Virus record (IMG/VR): IMGVR_UViG_3300031830_000001
Reading direction: 5' to 3' (one strand)
DNA length: 20,640 nt
From: an uncultured virus (IMG/VR IMGVR_UViG_3300031830_000001)
Taxonomy: Duplodnaviria; Heunggongvirae; Uroviricota; Caudoviricetes
The notes under the pieces were generated by a model, which worked only from the letters and a program-made list of their open reading frames with translations, did no database searches and was not told the origin of the DNA. This document shows positions 7,614 through 15,993 of the stretch, piece by piece. The position numbers and the translations under genes were made by a program. How positions within the stretch are numbered: the stretch's first letter is position 1; the number at the start of each line of letters is the position of its first letter.

Positions 7614-9970
7614 CAGATAATTGCTCCTCTTCCTTGCAGCGCCCGCATGCGGATTTCCTCCGCTACCCGCCGCGCCATAGTCTGCAAATCAATATCACTG
7701 CTCACTTGAGCGTTGATGACAACGCTGATACTGACCGGCGCCGGGGTTGCGGCAGGCAGAGAGGTCATCTTGACACCGGGGAGTGCTATCTCTCCCAGAC
7801 CGCGCTGATAGCCCAAAGCAAGCCCGGCCGCCATCTGCTGCCCAATCTGGGCGAACACCTTACTTGGCGACGAGATGCCAAGAAGAGCCTTGATGGCATT
7901 GATAACCGGGATGAGCGCTCCGTTGAAAGCCAGCGCAATACGGTAAGCGTTATCGAGTACTCCTTTGATGATGCCGTCCACGATGTCTTTTCCGATGCCA
8001 ACAAATCTCGCCGGGCTGAAGGCGGACTTGATTTTCTGGATAACGCCATCGGCGATACCCGCAAAGCGGTTTACCTGCCCGATAACGGCGTTATACATGC
8101 CGATAAAGCCGTTGATGACATTGGCTTTCATGGTCTCGATAGCGCCGGAAACTTTGAGCGTCAAAAGCTCCATCGCCATCCAAATATAAGTCCCAAAACC
8201 CGTGATGGCTTTGCGAGCATCGATTTCTATCCCCGTCAGCCACTTGATAAGGGGGGAGACGATTTTCTCTCCGATGTTTACCAACCACTCCCGCAAGTGC
8301 ATCCCGAACGCGTCAAAGTCGCCGCGGATAAGCGCCAAAACCATGCCAAACTGATGACGCATATTGACAAATGCAAACGCGAAATAGCCTGTGATAACGC
8401 CCCAAATCCTCTGCCAGTCGATGCCCATCTGTGACAGGGATAAGCTCAGTTCGCCGAATTTAAGTCTCATCGCCTCAAAGGTCGGCAGGATGCTCTCGTT
8501 GTAGAGTGCCGTCAACTGGTCACGCATTCCGGCAAAGTTTGTGTTCCACGCGAAGGCGAGAAGTCCAACCGTAAGGATGAGCAGCCCAATGGGGGAGAGC
8601 AGCGCCGTAAGCAAAGCCGAGAGCCCCGACAAAGCGCCTGAAACGATGGAAAAGGCTTTGACTGCCAGCAGCACCGCCCCAACGGCTTTTGCCGTCTCAA
8701 GCAGTGCTCCCCTGTTGGCGATAATCCACTCTATCGCCGGCTTTAGCCTGGATGACAGGTCGTCATAAACTTTGCCGAGAAGCGGAGAGAGGTCATAAAC
8801 CGATTTGCGGAAGGCATCGCTGAAGAACCCTTCGGCAAAAAGCGTTGAGAACAGGTTCTTGATTTTCCCCCCGAACTCCAAAAACTTCCTCCAGACATCC
8901 TCCAGCACCGGGATTATCCTATCCCGGTAGGTCTCGCCGAACCGCTCACTGACCAACTGCAGCGATTCGGCAAACTCTATCGACAGCGGGCCGGTCTGGA
9001 AGAATGCCGTCCCGATGCGGATAATTTTGTCTGTCAGCTCGCCAAGGCTCTTTCCGATGGCTTCCAGGCGCGCCAGTCCCGGACCCAAAATCCACTCCGT
9101 AAAACGAGCAACCAGAGGCTGCAAGACTTCCAGCGTCCCTTGAAACAGTTTCCGCAAGCCGATTTCCTTCACGTCCTGCAAAGCGCCTGCCAGACCTGCC
9201 CAGGATTTGGTCATGCGTTCGAGGTTTCCGGCGTAGTCCTCGCCCGCCACCTCGCGGAAGGCTTCGAGAAATGCCTTGGTCGAGATTCCGCCTTTGTCCT
9301 GCTTTTCCCGCAGGCTCTCGAAGCTCTCCCCCATGCGGTCGAGAATCGAGCGCACGTCAATCCCGGCGTTCATGAGCTGGCGCAAGTCCTGGATGAGCAG
9401 TTTGTCGGAAGCATATATCTGCCCCAGAGCATACGCAGCCCTGTTGAGCTCGGCAGTGGTCAAGCCGGAGCCCGCGCCCATATCGAGCAGTGCTTGTGTC
9501 ATCGCTTTGGCTTCCTCGATAGGAAAGCCGTAGCGCGCCATCTGGGCAAAGCTCTCCGTCACGGCAGACGTGGCATACGGAGAGCGGATGGCTAATTGTT
9601 CAATCCATTGCAAGAGTTCTTGAGACGCTCCCCCGGCTTGTTTGAGCGCGTCGCCATAGGACAGCGTTCCATCGGACGCGCGCTTGAGGTCCCTTGCCAC
9701 CATCCCCTCAAGCATGATACTCAAGCTCTCAAAATTCATCGTTGCGTTCAGCGCTTCGGCGCCGAGATTGCGCAGTGCCATCACACCGCTGTTGACAATT
9801 GTTGCAGAGATAAACCCCATCGCCGAAGCGGCCGCATCCCGCAAAAAGCCGAACACGCCGCCGACCGCGTGTCCCTCGGCTTGCAGAGACCGCAAAGACC
9901 CAGCCACTCCCCGGATGGCCGGGGAGGCAAGGTCTTTGGCGATGATATGTACCCTGATTTCTCCGGCCAT
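7613..9970 (-). CDS. Tape measure protein
   Basis: About 785 aa, helical and Ala/Gly/Leu-rich. Has the tape-measure N-terminal domain (LAIRSPY...AAYALGQI...DLRQLMNAGI), hydrophobic central segments and the C-terminal LGISSPSKVF motif. Start set at ATG 9970 because GAGGTG precedes it. Confidence 0.95.
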   Translation of the reverse strand: MAGEIRVHIIAKDLASPAIRGVAGSLRSLQAEGHAVGGVFGFLRDAAASAMGFISATIVNSGVMALRNLGAEALNATMNFESLSIMLEGMVARDLKRASDGTLSYGDALKQAGGASQELLQWIEQLAIRSPYATSAVTESFAQMARYGFPIEEAKAMTQALLDMGAGSGLTTAELNRAAYALGQIYASDKLLIQDLRQLMNAGIDVRSILDRMGESFESLREKQDKGGISTKAFLEAFREVAGEDYAGNLERMTKSWAGLAGALQDVKEIGLRKLFQGTLEVLQPLVARFTEWILGPGLARLEAIGKSLGELTDKIIRIGTAFFQTGPLSIEFAESLQLVSERFGETYRDRIIPVLEDVWRKFLEFGGKIKNLFSTLFAEGFFSDAFRKSVYDLSPLLGKVYDDLSSRLKPAIEWIIANRGALLETAKAVGAVLLAVKAFSIVSGALSGLSALLTALLSPIGLLILTVGLLAFAWNTNFAGMRDQLTALYNESILPTFEAMRLKFGELSLSLSQMGIDWQRIWGVITGYFAFAFVNMRHQFGMVLALIRGDFDAFGMHLREWLVNIGEKIVSPLIKWLTGIEIDARKAITGFGTYIWMAMELLTLKVSGAIETMKANVINGFIGMYNAVIGQVNRFAGIADGVIQKIKSAFSPARFVGIGKDIVDGIIKGVLDNAYRIALAFNGALIPVINAIKALLGISSPSKVFAQIGQQMAAGLALGYQRGLGEIALPGVKMTSLPAATPAPVSISVVINAQVSSDIDLQTMARRVAEEIRMRALQGRGAII

Positions 9971-9972
9971 TT

Positions 9973-10149
9973 TCACCTCTTGCGCGACAGTCTCTTCAGT
10001 TCGCGGTCGCGCTCTCGCGTAAACCTGACGAATGCTTCATACCAGTAGAGCGACAGCTCCCTTTCTACCTCCCAGGGGGGTGTACCCCATTCCTGGGCCA
10101 TTATCAGGATGCTTCTGGCGTAGTCCCATTCGTATTGCTCCCGAAAAAA
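9973..10149 (-). CDS. Tail assembly chaperone extension (gpT-like), reached by -1 frameshift
   Basis: The -1 frame from the slippery site reads FFREQYEWDYARSILIMAQEWGTPPWEVERELSLYWYEAFVRFTRERDRELKRLSRKR*, ending at TGA 9975-9973 just before the tape measure ATG. Not in the ORF track. Confidence 0.8.
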   Translation of the reverse strand, partial: FFREQYEWDYARSILIMAQEWGTPPWEVERELSLYWYEAFVRFTRERDRELKRLSRKR

Positions 10150-10496
10150 TGGCTGCTCCCGCCGATTCCGAGAACCTGACGGAACAGTTCGTCGGCTTCA
10201 TCGGCAGAGAGATTGTCCAGAGCTTCATCAATCGTTCCGCCCTCCACTTCGCACCCGATGCGCAAGACATGCTCAAGGAGCATGTCGTATTTGACGAACA
10301 GCTTCAAAGCCTCTTTCTGCGCTTTCTTGTCGTTTTGTGCCGCAAGTTCTTCCAGCTCCGCAGCTTGCGCCGACAGGCGAAAGAACTTCTGGCGCAGGCG
10401 AAGTGTGCCGGGCCTGCGGGTGAAACCCGGCCGGACGTGAATCCGAATATCACGAACGTTCTCGTTTTCGTTCTCGTTTTGGGGTTGCTCGCTCAT
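10104..10496 (-). CDS. Tail assembly chaperone (gpG-like)
   Basis: 130 aa, acidic and helical, between tail tube and tape measure. ATGA overlap with the tube gene, slippery site near the 3' end. Confidence 0.85.
   Translation of the reverse strand: MSEQPQNENENENVRDIRIHVRPGFTRRPGTLRLRQKFFRLSAQAAELEELAAQNDKKAQKEALKLFVKYDMLLEHVLRIGCEVEGGTIDEALDNLSADEADELFRQVLGIGGSSHFFGSNTNGTTPEAS
10143..10149 (-). other. Programmed -1 ribosomal frameshift heptamer T TTT TTC
   Basis: In-frame codons CAT TTT TTC GGG fit the X XXY YYZ pattern, at the canonical position before the tape measure gene. Confidence 0.8.
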
Positions 10497-11464
10497 AACG
10501 TACTCTTATCGTTCTTGACAATGATTTTCAATTGCGTTGCGAGCGTGGACTGGTAGATGGCTTTCCAGTTCATCTCGACCGTGGCATTGCCGTCCCGCTC
10601 AGAAAAGAGCGTAACCGGTTCGGCAAGTACGCCGGGCATCTGGATTTCAAACAGACGTTCGCCGGCGCCGCTGCCGGTCGTGAAGCTGACACAAATAAGA
10701 CGTTTTACCGTCCCGGTGGTCAGCTCATCCAGCAATGTCTTAGACGTACTGTTCCACTCATAAACCATCCGCAATCCGATGTCCCAGGCGCCCTCGCCGT
10801 AGCTTTCGGGCTGGGTCGCGCCGGAGATAAACTTCTTGAGATGGCGCGCCAAGTCCGCCGAAAGCTCGAACTCAATCAGCGTGCCGTTCACCTGGGTTGT
10901 CTTTATCGTCCCCGTGAAGGAGTCGAGATAAAACGAGCCGTGCCGGACGGAGACGTACTGGACATCTTCGAGCGTCAACGTCTGGAAAATCGACTGAGTC
11001 TCCAGCGTGCGCGCCAGTCCTTCAAAGGAAAGCATCACGTCTTCATCGGCATTGCCGGAGATGGTCAGGCTGTTCGCCAGAAGCCCGGCGGCTTTGTAAA
11101 TCCCGGCGCCGGAGAAGCCATAATAGGCAGTAAAAGACTTCGGGCTGGACGGCGCAGAATACGGCGCGTTGAACGTCCAGGTATAAGGCCCCGTGCCGGA
11201 TGGAGTCGGCTCGCCGAAAGCCATAGCCAGCGGATAAAGAACGTGTTGATAAGAAACGTCCATCTCGAACGACGCGCTCACCTCCGGGATGCGTTCCTTG
11301 ATGATGCTGGGCGTGAAATGTCCGACTTCTCCCTTCAGCTCGATGGCGGGGTCGAACTCAAACGATAGGTCGCTGATGCCGCGCAGTTCCAGAGTAGGCG
11401 TAACTGCCGTTCCCCAGGTTGTCTCTTTTCCAATCTGCATTTTACGCAGTCCGTAAACTGCCAT
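10493..11464 (-). CDS. Major tail (tube) protein
   Basis: 323 aa. N-terminal QIGKETTWGTAVTP and GTGPYTWTF...PKSFT motifs are typical of siphovirus tube proteins. AGGAGG RBS and the expected synteny. Confidence 0.85.
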   Translation of the reverse strand: MAVYGLRKMQIGKETTWGTAVTPTLELRGISDLSFEFDPAIELKGEVGHFTPSIIKERIPEVSASFEMDVSYQHVLYPLAMAFGEPTPSGTGPYTWTFNAPYSAPSSPKSFTAYYGFSGAGIYKAAGLLANSLTISGNADEDVMLSFEGLARTLETQSIFQTLTLEDVQYVSVRHGSFYLDSFTGTIKTTQVNGTLIEFELSADLARHLKKFISGATQPESYGEGAWDIGLRMVYEWNSTSKTLLDELTTGTVKRLICVSFTTGSGAGERLFEIQMPGVLAEPVTLFSERDGNATVEMNWKAIYQSTLATQLKIIVKNDKSTL

Positions 11465-11679
11465 TATTCACCTCCTTTGTGCGCCTCAGGCGCAACGATT
11501 TTGGTTTCGTGTTTCGCGTATTTGCTGACCGTCTGGTAGAGCAGGGTATTGATGAGCTGTTTGGCGGTCAGCCCTAATGCCCGCTCAATTTCTCGCAAGT
11601 CTTCATCGGTCAGGTCTCTTGCCGGTACACCCGGCAAGTATGCGCCCTTACCGATATATTTCAAGATAATTTCCGCCAT
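11464..11679 (-). CDS. Small hypothetical virion-module protein
   Basis: 71 aa with a GAGGAGG RBS and a TAATG overlap with the tube gene. Motif LKYIGKGAYLPGVPARDLT. Confidence 0.75.
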   Translation of the reverse strand: MAEIILKYIGKGAYLPGVPARDLTDEDLREIERALGLTAKQLINTLLYQTVSKYAKHETKIVAPEAHKGGE

Positions 11680-11691
11680 AAAACCTCCTCA

Positions 11692-12099
11692 TCACTTGAT
11701 GACATACGTTACGCGGAACAGCGCCGAGTAGTAGTCGGTTCCTCCGATAGCCAGCACATGCACGCCATCGCTGTCAATCGCGGTCAGATGGTCAACCTTG
11801 CCATCCAGGGTCGGGTTGGCAATCAAAGCATCGACCGCATCCTCCAGTTTGCCTTCTGCTATGGCGATAACGCTTTCCGGCGTGCTCTGCGCCACGGGGG
11901 AGATGAGCAGTTCGACTCGGAAGGTGAGGGTATAGACGACATTCCCGCCGATGCCGCGCGGCTCAAGTTCCAGCCGATGCAGGAGCAAGACGGCTATTGG
12001 CAAACCGGCGGTTGATACGTTGACCGGCGGATACCCCGTGGAGTTCACCACGCCGGAAAGGGTGTTTGCAATAGCCGTGCGGATGTCGCTCAGGTTCAT
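11692..12099 (-). CDS. Putative tail terminator / tail completion protein
   Basis: 135 aa. IRTAIANTL...PIAVL...DALIANPTLDG pattern, located between adaptor and tube genes. Confidence 0.65.
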   Translation of the reverse strand: MNLSDIRTAIANTLSGVVNSTGYPPVNVSTAGLPIAVLLLHRLELEPRGIGGNVVYTLTFRVELLISPVAQSTPESVIAIAEGKLEDAVDALIANPTLDGKVDHLTAIDSDGVHVLAIGGTDYYSALFRVTYVIK

Positions 12100-12647
12100 A
12101 GCAGGCTCACCTTGACATAAGGCTGTAACATCTTTGCCACATCCAACGGAATGCCCTTCTGAATGACCAGTTGCCCTACCCCCTCCATGTAAGCCGCGTC
12201 GAATACCTGAGCGTCCTTGAGACGATAAAGATAGCCCGCCCAGCGCAGACAGGCCATCTTGATGTCATGCGGGGGAGAAGCCGAATAGCCCCAAAGACCG
12301 GCTACCGACCAAGTCTGCTCATAAGTATTCCAGGTGACACCAGATGGAATCTCATAGACGACAATCCATGCCTTCGGCGTCGTCTCAACCGGAAACAAGC
12401 GGTACTCCGTAACAGCAACGCCGTTGAGTTTGAGCGAGGTCAGGGAATACAGGTCATCATCAAGCAATATCTTATTGCGTCCGTTGTAGAGATATTCCCG
12501 CGTCCCGCTTACCGCCTGGAAGACGCGTCGGGTATGTTTCTCGATTGCCGCGGTCGCTCCGTCAAGGCATGTGTTGAGCAGGGCATCTTCGGAAGTTCCG
12601 CTGATGCCGAGATAGCTTTTTAGTTCCGCAAGTGTCGCGTAAGCCAT
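12096..12647 (-). CDS. Head-tail adaptor (HK97 gp6 / SPP1 gp15-like, long form)
   Basis: 183 aa. MAYATLAELKSYLGI...EDALL...AIEKHTRRVF...WGYS...PHDIKMACL...MLQPY. Confidence 0.88.
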   Translation of the reverse strand: MAYATLAELKSYLGISGTSEDALLNTCLDGATAAIEKHTRRVFQAVSGTREYLYNGRNKILLDDDLYSLTSLKLNGVAVTEYRLFPVETTPKAWIVVYEIPSGVTWNTYEQTWSVAGLWGYSASPPHDIKMACLRWAGYLYRLKDAQVFDAAYMEGVGQLVIQKGIPLDVAKMLQPYVKVSLL

Positions 12648-12666
12648 ATTCTGCTCCCTGCGCCGC

Positions 12667-12697
12667 GGGGGTAGGGTGGGAGGAGCACCCTACCCCC
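12667..12697. promoter_or_regulatory. Perfect 12-bp GC-rich stem-loop between head and neck genes
   Basis: GGGGGTAGGGTG (12667-12678), 7-nt loop, CACCCTACCCCC (12686-12697). No U-tract follows on the transcribed minus strand, so it is an atypical terminator or an mRNA stabiliser. Confidence 0.7.
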
Positions 12698-12718
12698 TTT
12701 CGCGCCAGGCAGGTGAAG

Positions 12719-13081
12719 CTAAATCATGCGCGCCTTACCAACCGCAACGCAGGCAACCCCAAAGACCGGGCTTGTCCCGCCGACGGTTACAACCGCCCGC
12801 ACATAGCGCTTGGTCGGAGTGACGCCGATTTCCTGATTGCCGGTTGCCGTGACCTGAGCGAAAGCCGCGCCAGCGATGTCAGCAAAACCACTACCAGCCG
12901 CGTCGCTCTGCTGGATTTTGACATCCAGAGTTGGGCTTGTGCCGGAGACCGAGCCGACCGAGAGGAAGAAGCGCAGTTCTCCTTTGCCAACATAATCCTG
13001 CAGGTCAACTGCCGAACCGTTGGTGTTGGCGTTATAGGTTTTGGCAGGCAACAACTCAAAGATTTTTACGCCCGTATTCAT
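12719..13081 (-). CDS. Probable capsid decoration/cement protein
   Basis: 120 aa, all-beta pattern (NGSAVDL...GTSPTLDVKIQQSD...KRYVRAVVTVGG), immediately after the major capsid gene. AAGGAG RBS. Confidence 0.6.
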   Translation of the reverse strand: MNTGVKIFELLPAKTYNANTNGSAVDLQDYVGKGELRFFLSVGSVSGTSPTLDVKIQQSDAAGSGFADIAGAAFAQVTATGNQEIGVTPTKRYVRAVVTVGGTSPVFGVACVAVGKARMI

Positions 13082-13099
13082 CGCTCATTCTCCTTTCTG

Positions 13100-14458
13100 C
13101 TAGCTGGCAGCTACCTTCTGAACCTTGATGCGGTATGGTTCGACCAGTTGCCCGCCGACTCGCTTGCGGGCTAAAATCAGCAATTGGTTGAGTTCGGCAT
13201 AGCTCGCATCGTTCAGACGCTGGATGGACAACCCAACCCGGTCAACGATGACATAACCGCTCAGGTCGCCGAAGATGATGGGATAGCTGTTCGCGGCGAC
13301 AGCAGGGACAAATTCATCATGCAGAACCGGGTAGCCAAGCAGGTCATTCGGGGCAGATGCGAAGCCGCTGCCGGAGGCAATCGGCCAGATGTACTCCGCA
13401 TTAGAGCCGTAGGTCAGCTTACGGATTTCTTTCTCCGTTGCCTTGCTCATCACCCAGACCGCCCGCTGGTCGTATTGTGCCGGTAAGGCATAGGCAAGGT
13501 CGATAATGCCACCGGCAGTCAAGGCACTTGCATTACCGCTGATTACAGATGCCGGTCCGTCTCCGTCGACATCGGCCAGGATACCCATCGGCTGTCCTGC
13601 GCCTGTGCCGTTGATGAAAGCGTTGTCTTCGCCCAAGGCGAAGGCTTCTGCCAGCAGGTCTGAAGCAACGCCGACAACGTCAAAGGCGCTGTCCTCGATG
13701 AGGTCGAGGGAGATGGGCATGCTTGCCATCGCCGTATGCACGGCAACGTTCCAGATGCCGAAAACGGGGTCAGTCACGCGGTGAGCAGAACCGCTTGCCG
13801 GAGCTTCTCCCGTCCAAGTCAACCGTACGCCGGAAGTATATTTATCGTCTGTCGTGTAGTTGACCCGCGGCCACTGCACCACATCCCGCGCTGTCGTCAC
13901 TACCCGCGCCCGCGAGCGGATGACGGCCTGCGCCGCCACCTTGCGGATGATTTCGGTCTGGAAATCGGCCGGGACGAGGAAGCCGCCGGCCGTGTCCGAG
14001 CCTTCCAGCAAGGTCTTGCGGTCGTTCGGACCCATCCCGTCAAACCCCTTGCGCAGGTAGGCTTCAAAGGCATCGGGATAGCCCTTGACCTGGACGCGCA
14101 GAGGGACGTGGAAGCGGATGCGCTGCTTGTCGGTGATATACATCCCGCTCTTGACATCCCGGCGGACGAAAGGCACTTCCACTTCCCGCCAGGCTTGGAC
14201 GTCTACTTCTTCATCACCTTCGCCTTGCACGGCCGGACGCCATTTGACATCGCCTTTCGGCTCGTACAAGACCCGCTCGGCTTGTTCGCGCGCTTTCGCC
14301 GCTTCCAGCAGGGCGCGCAGAGAATCGACCTCTCCCATCAGCGCCACCAGCTTCTGGCGTACGTCTTCGGGAAAAGTCCTGTCTTTATACTGCGCTTCGA
14401 TGGCATCGGCTTCGCGCAGTTTCTGTTCGATTTGCAGTGCAATGCTCTGTTTATCCAT
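13100..14458 (-). CDS. Major capsid protein, HK97 family
   Basis: 452 aa. N-terminal coiled-coil delta domain, then GGFLVP, WTGEA, AFINGTGAGQPMGI, LLGYPV, IIFGDLSGY and RVGG motifs. Confidence 0.97.
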   Translation of the reverse strand: MDKQSIALQIEQKLREADAIEAQYKDRTFPEDVRQKLVALMGEVDSLRALLEAAKAREQAERVLYEPKGDVKWRPAVQGEGDEEVDVQAWREVEVPFVRRDVKSGMYITDKQRIRFHVPLRVQVKGYPDAFEAYLRKGFDGMGPNDRKTLLEGSDTAGGFLVPADFQTEIIRKVAAQAVIRSRARVVTTARDVVQWPRVNYTTDDKYTSGVRLTWTGEAPASGSAHRVTDPVFGIWNVAVHTAMASMPISLDLIEDSAFDVVGVASDLLAEAFALGEDNAFINGTGAGQPMGILADVDGDGPASVISGNASALTAGGIIDLAYALPAQYDQRAVWVMSKATEKEIRKLTYGSNAEYIWPIASGSGFASAPNDLLGYPVLHDEFVPAVAANSYPIIFGDLSGYVIVDRVGLSIQRLNDASYAELNQLLILARKRVGGQLVEPYRIKVQKVAAS

Positions 14459-14460
14459 TG

Positions 14461-15531
14461 CTAACTCTCCTTCAATAAGTGGTGTTCAATCCGTTTTTTG
14501 GTCAGCATCAGCCGCAGGCGCAGGTCATCATCCCGGTCTGTGAGCGCCGTTTCCGGCGACTCGGCAGTGAGGAGTGACAACAGCTCTCCGGCTTTGCCCT
14601 GGATAACAGGGTTATCATGACGATAACCCTGCAGTTCCCAAATCAGCCTGCACGTTTTCAGGTCGGGGGGTTCTTTCCCGAACTGCTCGTAGTGACGCGC
14701 AAGATGGCGATAGACGGCTTCGCGCTCGTCTGCGGGGATGTCCACTCCGCCGCGCGCTCCGTTGAGGACGGCCATCGCGGCGCGCACGCCGTTCCAGTTT
14801 GCCGGACCAACGCCGGACTTGCGCGGCTCGTGATGGGGGAGCTTCAAGTCCGTAAAACGCTCCGGCACGGCTTCCGCGCTCCAGGCGAAATGCTCGCGGA
14901 TGCGCTTGCGCTCCGAAACGCTGAGCGAGGCAAAGTCTGTTTCGTCCGTGAAATCGGCGAGGGTCGGAGCCGACCACGCGCGTTCCTCGTCGGCGATGCC
15001 GTAGTCGGCAAACGGGACGGCCATCTTGACCAGCGCGACCGTAGCGGGGTTCATCCCCCAGTTGACATCGCTGATGTCCCACAAGCGGATTTCCTTCAGC
15101 ACGCGCACGATTTTTCCGTTCAGCTTGTCCATCTCGGACTTTATGGTGTCGTAGCCGAAGCTCATTTCGGTAATCGCTCCGTGGAGGATGCCTTGCAGGA
15201 TTTCTTCCGCGCGGGGGGTCTCAAGATAGCGCCGTCTGACCAGAAGCCCCCCGGTTGCATTCGGGTACTGCTCGCGCAGAGCTTCGGGGAGCCTACTCGC
15301 CGGCAATTCCTGAAGTTCAAGGATAACCGCCGTCGGGGGCTGGCTGAAGTCATGCTGCCAGAGATGACGGATGCGCGGCAGTCTCTCTTTGATGGTCTTG
15401 CGGAAGGCGCCGTACTCGATGACGTCTCCGCCGTCATCCTCGATTCCCATCACGGCCGAGATGCCGGTGACAATCCGGCCGTCAACGTCTTCGATTTTTG
15501 CTGGATAACTCTTGTACTCTCTCACGTTCAT
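14461..15531 (-). CDS. HK97-type prohead protease with additional C-terminal domain
   Basis: DVIEYGAF, LWQHD (His), EMSFGY (Ser) and LWDISDVNWGMNP. Start reassigned to ATG 15531 (AGGAG RBS, MNVREYKS...), giving 356 aa; the longer track ORF overlaps the upstream gene. Confidence 0.92.
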   Translation of the reverse strand: MNVREYKSYPAKIEDVDGRIVTGISAVMGIEDDGGDVIEYGAFRKTIKERLPRIRHLWQHDFSQPPTAVILELQELPASRLPEALREQYPNATGGLLVRRRYLETPRAEEILQGILHGAITEMSFGYDTIKSEMDKLNGKIVRVLKEIRLWDISDVNWGMNPATVALVKMAVPFADYGIADEERAWSAPTLADFTDETDFASLSVSERKRIREHFAWSAEAVPERFTDLKLPHHEPRKSGVGPANWNGVRAAMAVLNGARGGVDIPADEREAVYRHLARHYEQFGKEPPDLKTCRLIWELQGYRHDNPVIQGKAGELLSLLTAESPETALTDRDDDLRLRLMLTKKRIEHHLLKES

Positions 15532-15541
15532 CTTCTCTCTC

Positions 15542-15979
15542 CTACAAACCCAACCCATCGGCAAGGGCTTTGAAGAACCCGGTACTGTACTCAACCACGA
15601 TGCGGTCTTGATTGTCCTCAATGACATCCTGCAGCGTCCACCAGCCGTTCTGGCGGTGAAACCAGGCTTGACGGTCGCGGTCGATGACCCAGCGCGCATA
15701 TTTGACCTTCGTCCCGACATAGCCGCGCACTTCCCCGAAGCCGGTCTCTATGCCCGACCAAGACAGCGGATGCGTCTTGGTCGTGATTGAGCGCCAGAGC
15801 GTCATCGTCCGCCGGTACTTGGAGGTCGGCGGCTTCGGGGGATAGTCCGGGATGGCGGAGTGGACGAATATCAAGGCGCGTTCCATGCCAAGCACCATCG
15901 CACGCGTCGAAGCAGACGAGTAAGCCATCAGCTTGAGCAGGAGTTCTTGAAGTCCGGCAAACTGTATTGACAGATTCAC
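15542..15979 (-). CDS. HK97 gp10-like neck/tail-completion-type protein
   Basis: IQFAGLQELLLKL...YRRTMTLWRSIT...GYVGTKVKYARWV matches the gp10-like pattern. Start set at GTG 15979 after AAGGAGG (145 aa). Confidence 0.65.
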   Translation of the reverse strand: MNLSIQFAGLQELLLKLMAYSSASTRAMVLGMERALIFVHSAIPDYPPKPPTSKYRRTMTLWRSITTKTHPLSWSGIETGFGEVRGYVGTKVKYARWVIDRDRQAWFHRQNGWWTLQDVIEDNQDRIVVEYSTGFFKALADGLGL

Positions 15980-15993
15980 GTCCTGCGCCTCCT

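Noticed and set aside
7079..8434. 451-aa plus-strand ORF, and other long plus-strand ORFs such as 10532-11368, 13736-14464 and 14617-15573
   Set aside because: Antisense shadows of well-supported GC-rich minus-strand genes, with no recognisable motifs.
10037..10276. 79-aa minus-strand ORF as the frameshift partner
   Set aside because: It is not the frame reached by a -1 shift at T TTT TTC. The -1 frame fills the gap to the tape measure and reads like gpT.
10457..10481. Short (GAAAAC/GAGAAC)n-type repeat
   Set aside because: It encodes the low-complexity NENENEN stretch at the chaperone N-terminus, with no sign of a separate function.
15532..15720. 63-aa N-terminal extension of the protease in the track
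   Set aside because: It overlaps the gp10-like gene. ATG 15531 has an RBS and gives a typical protease N-terminus.
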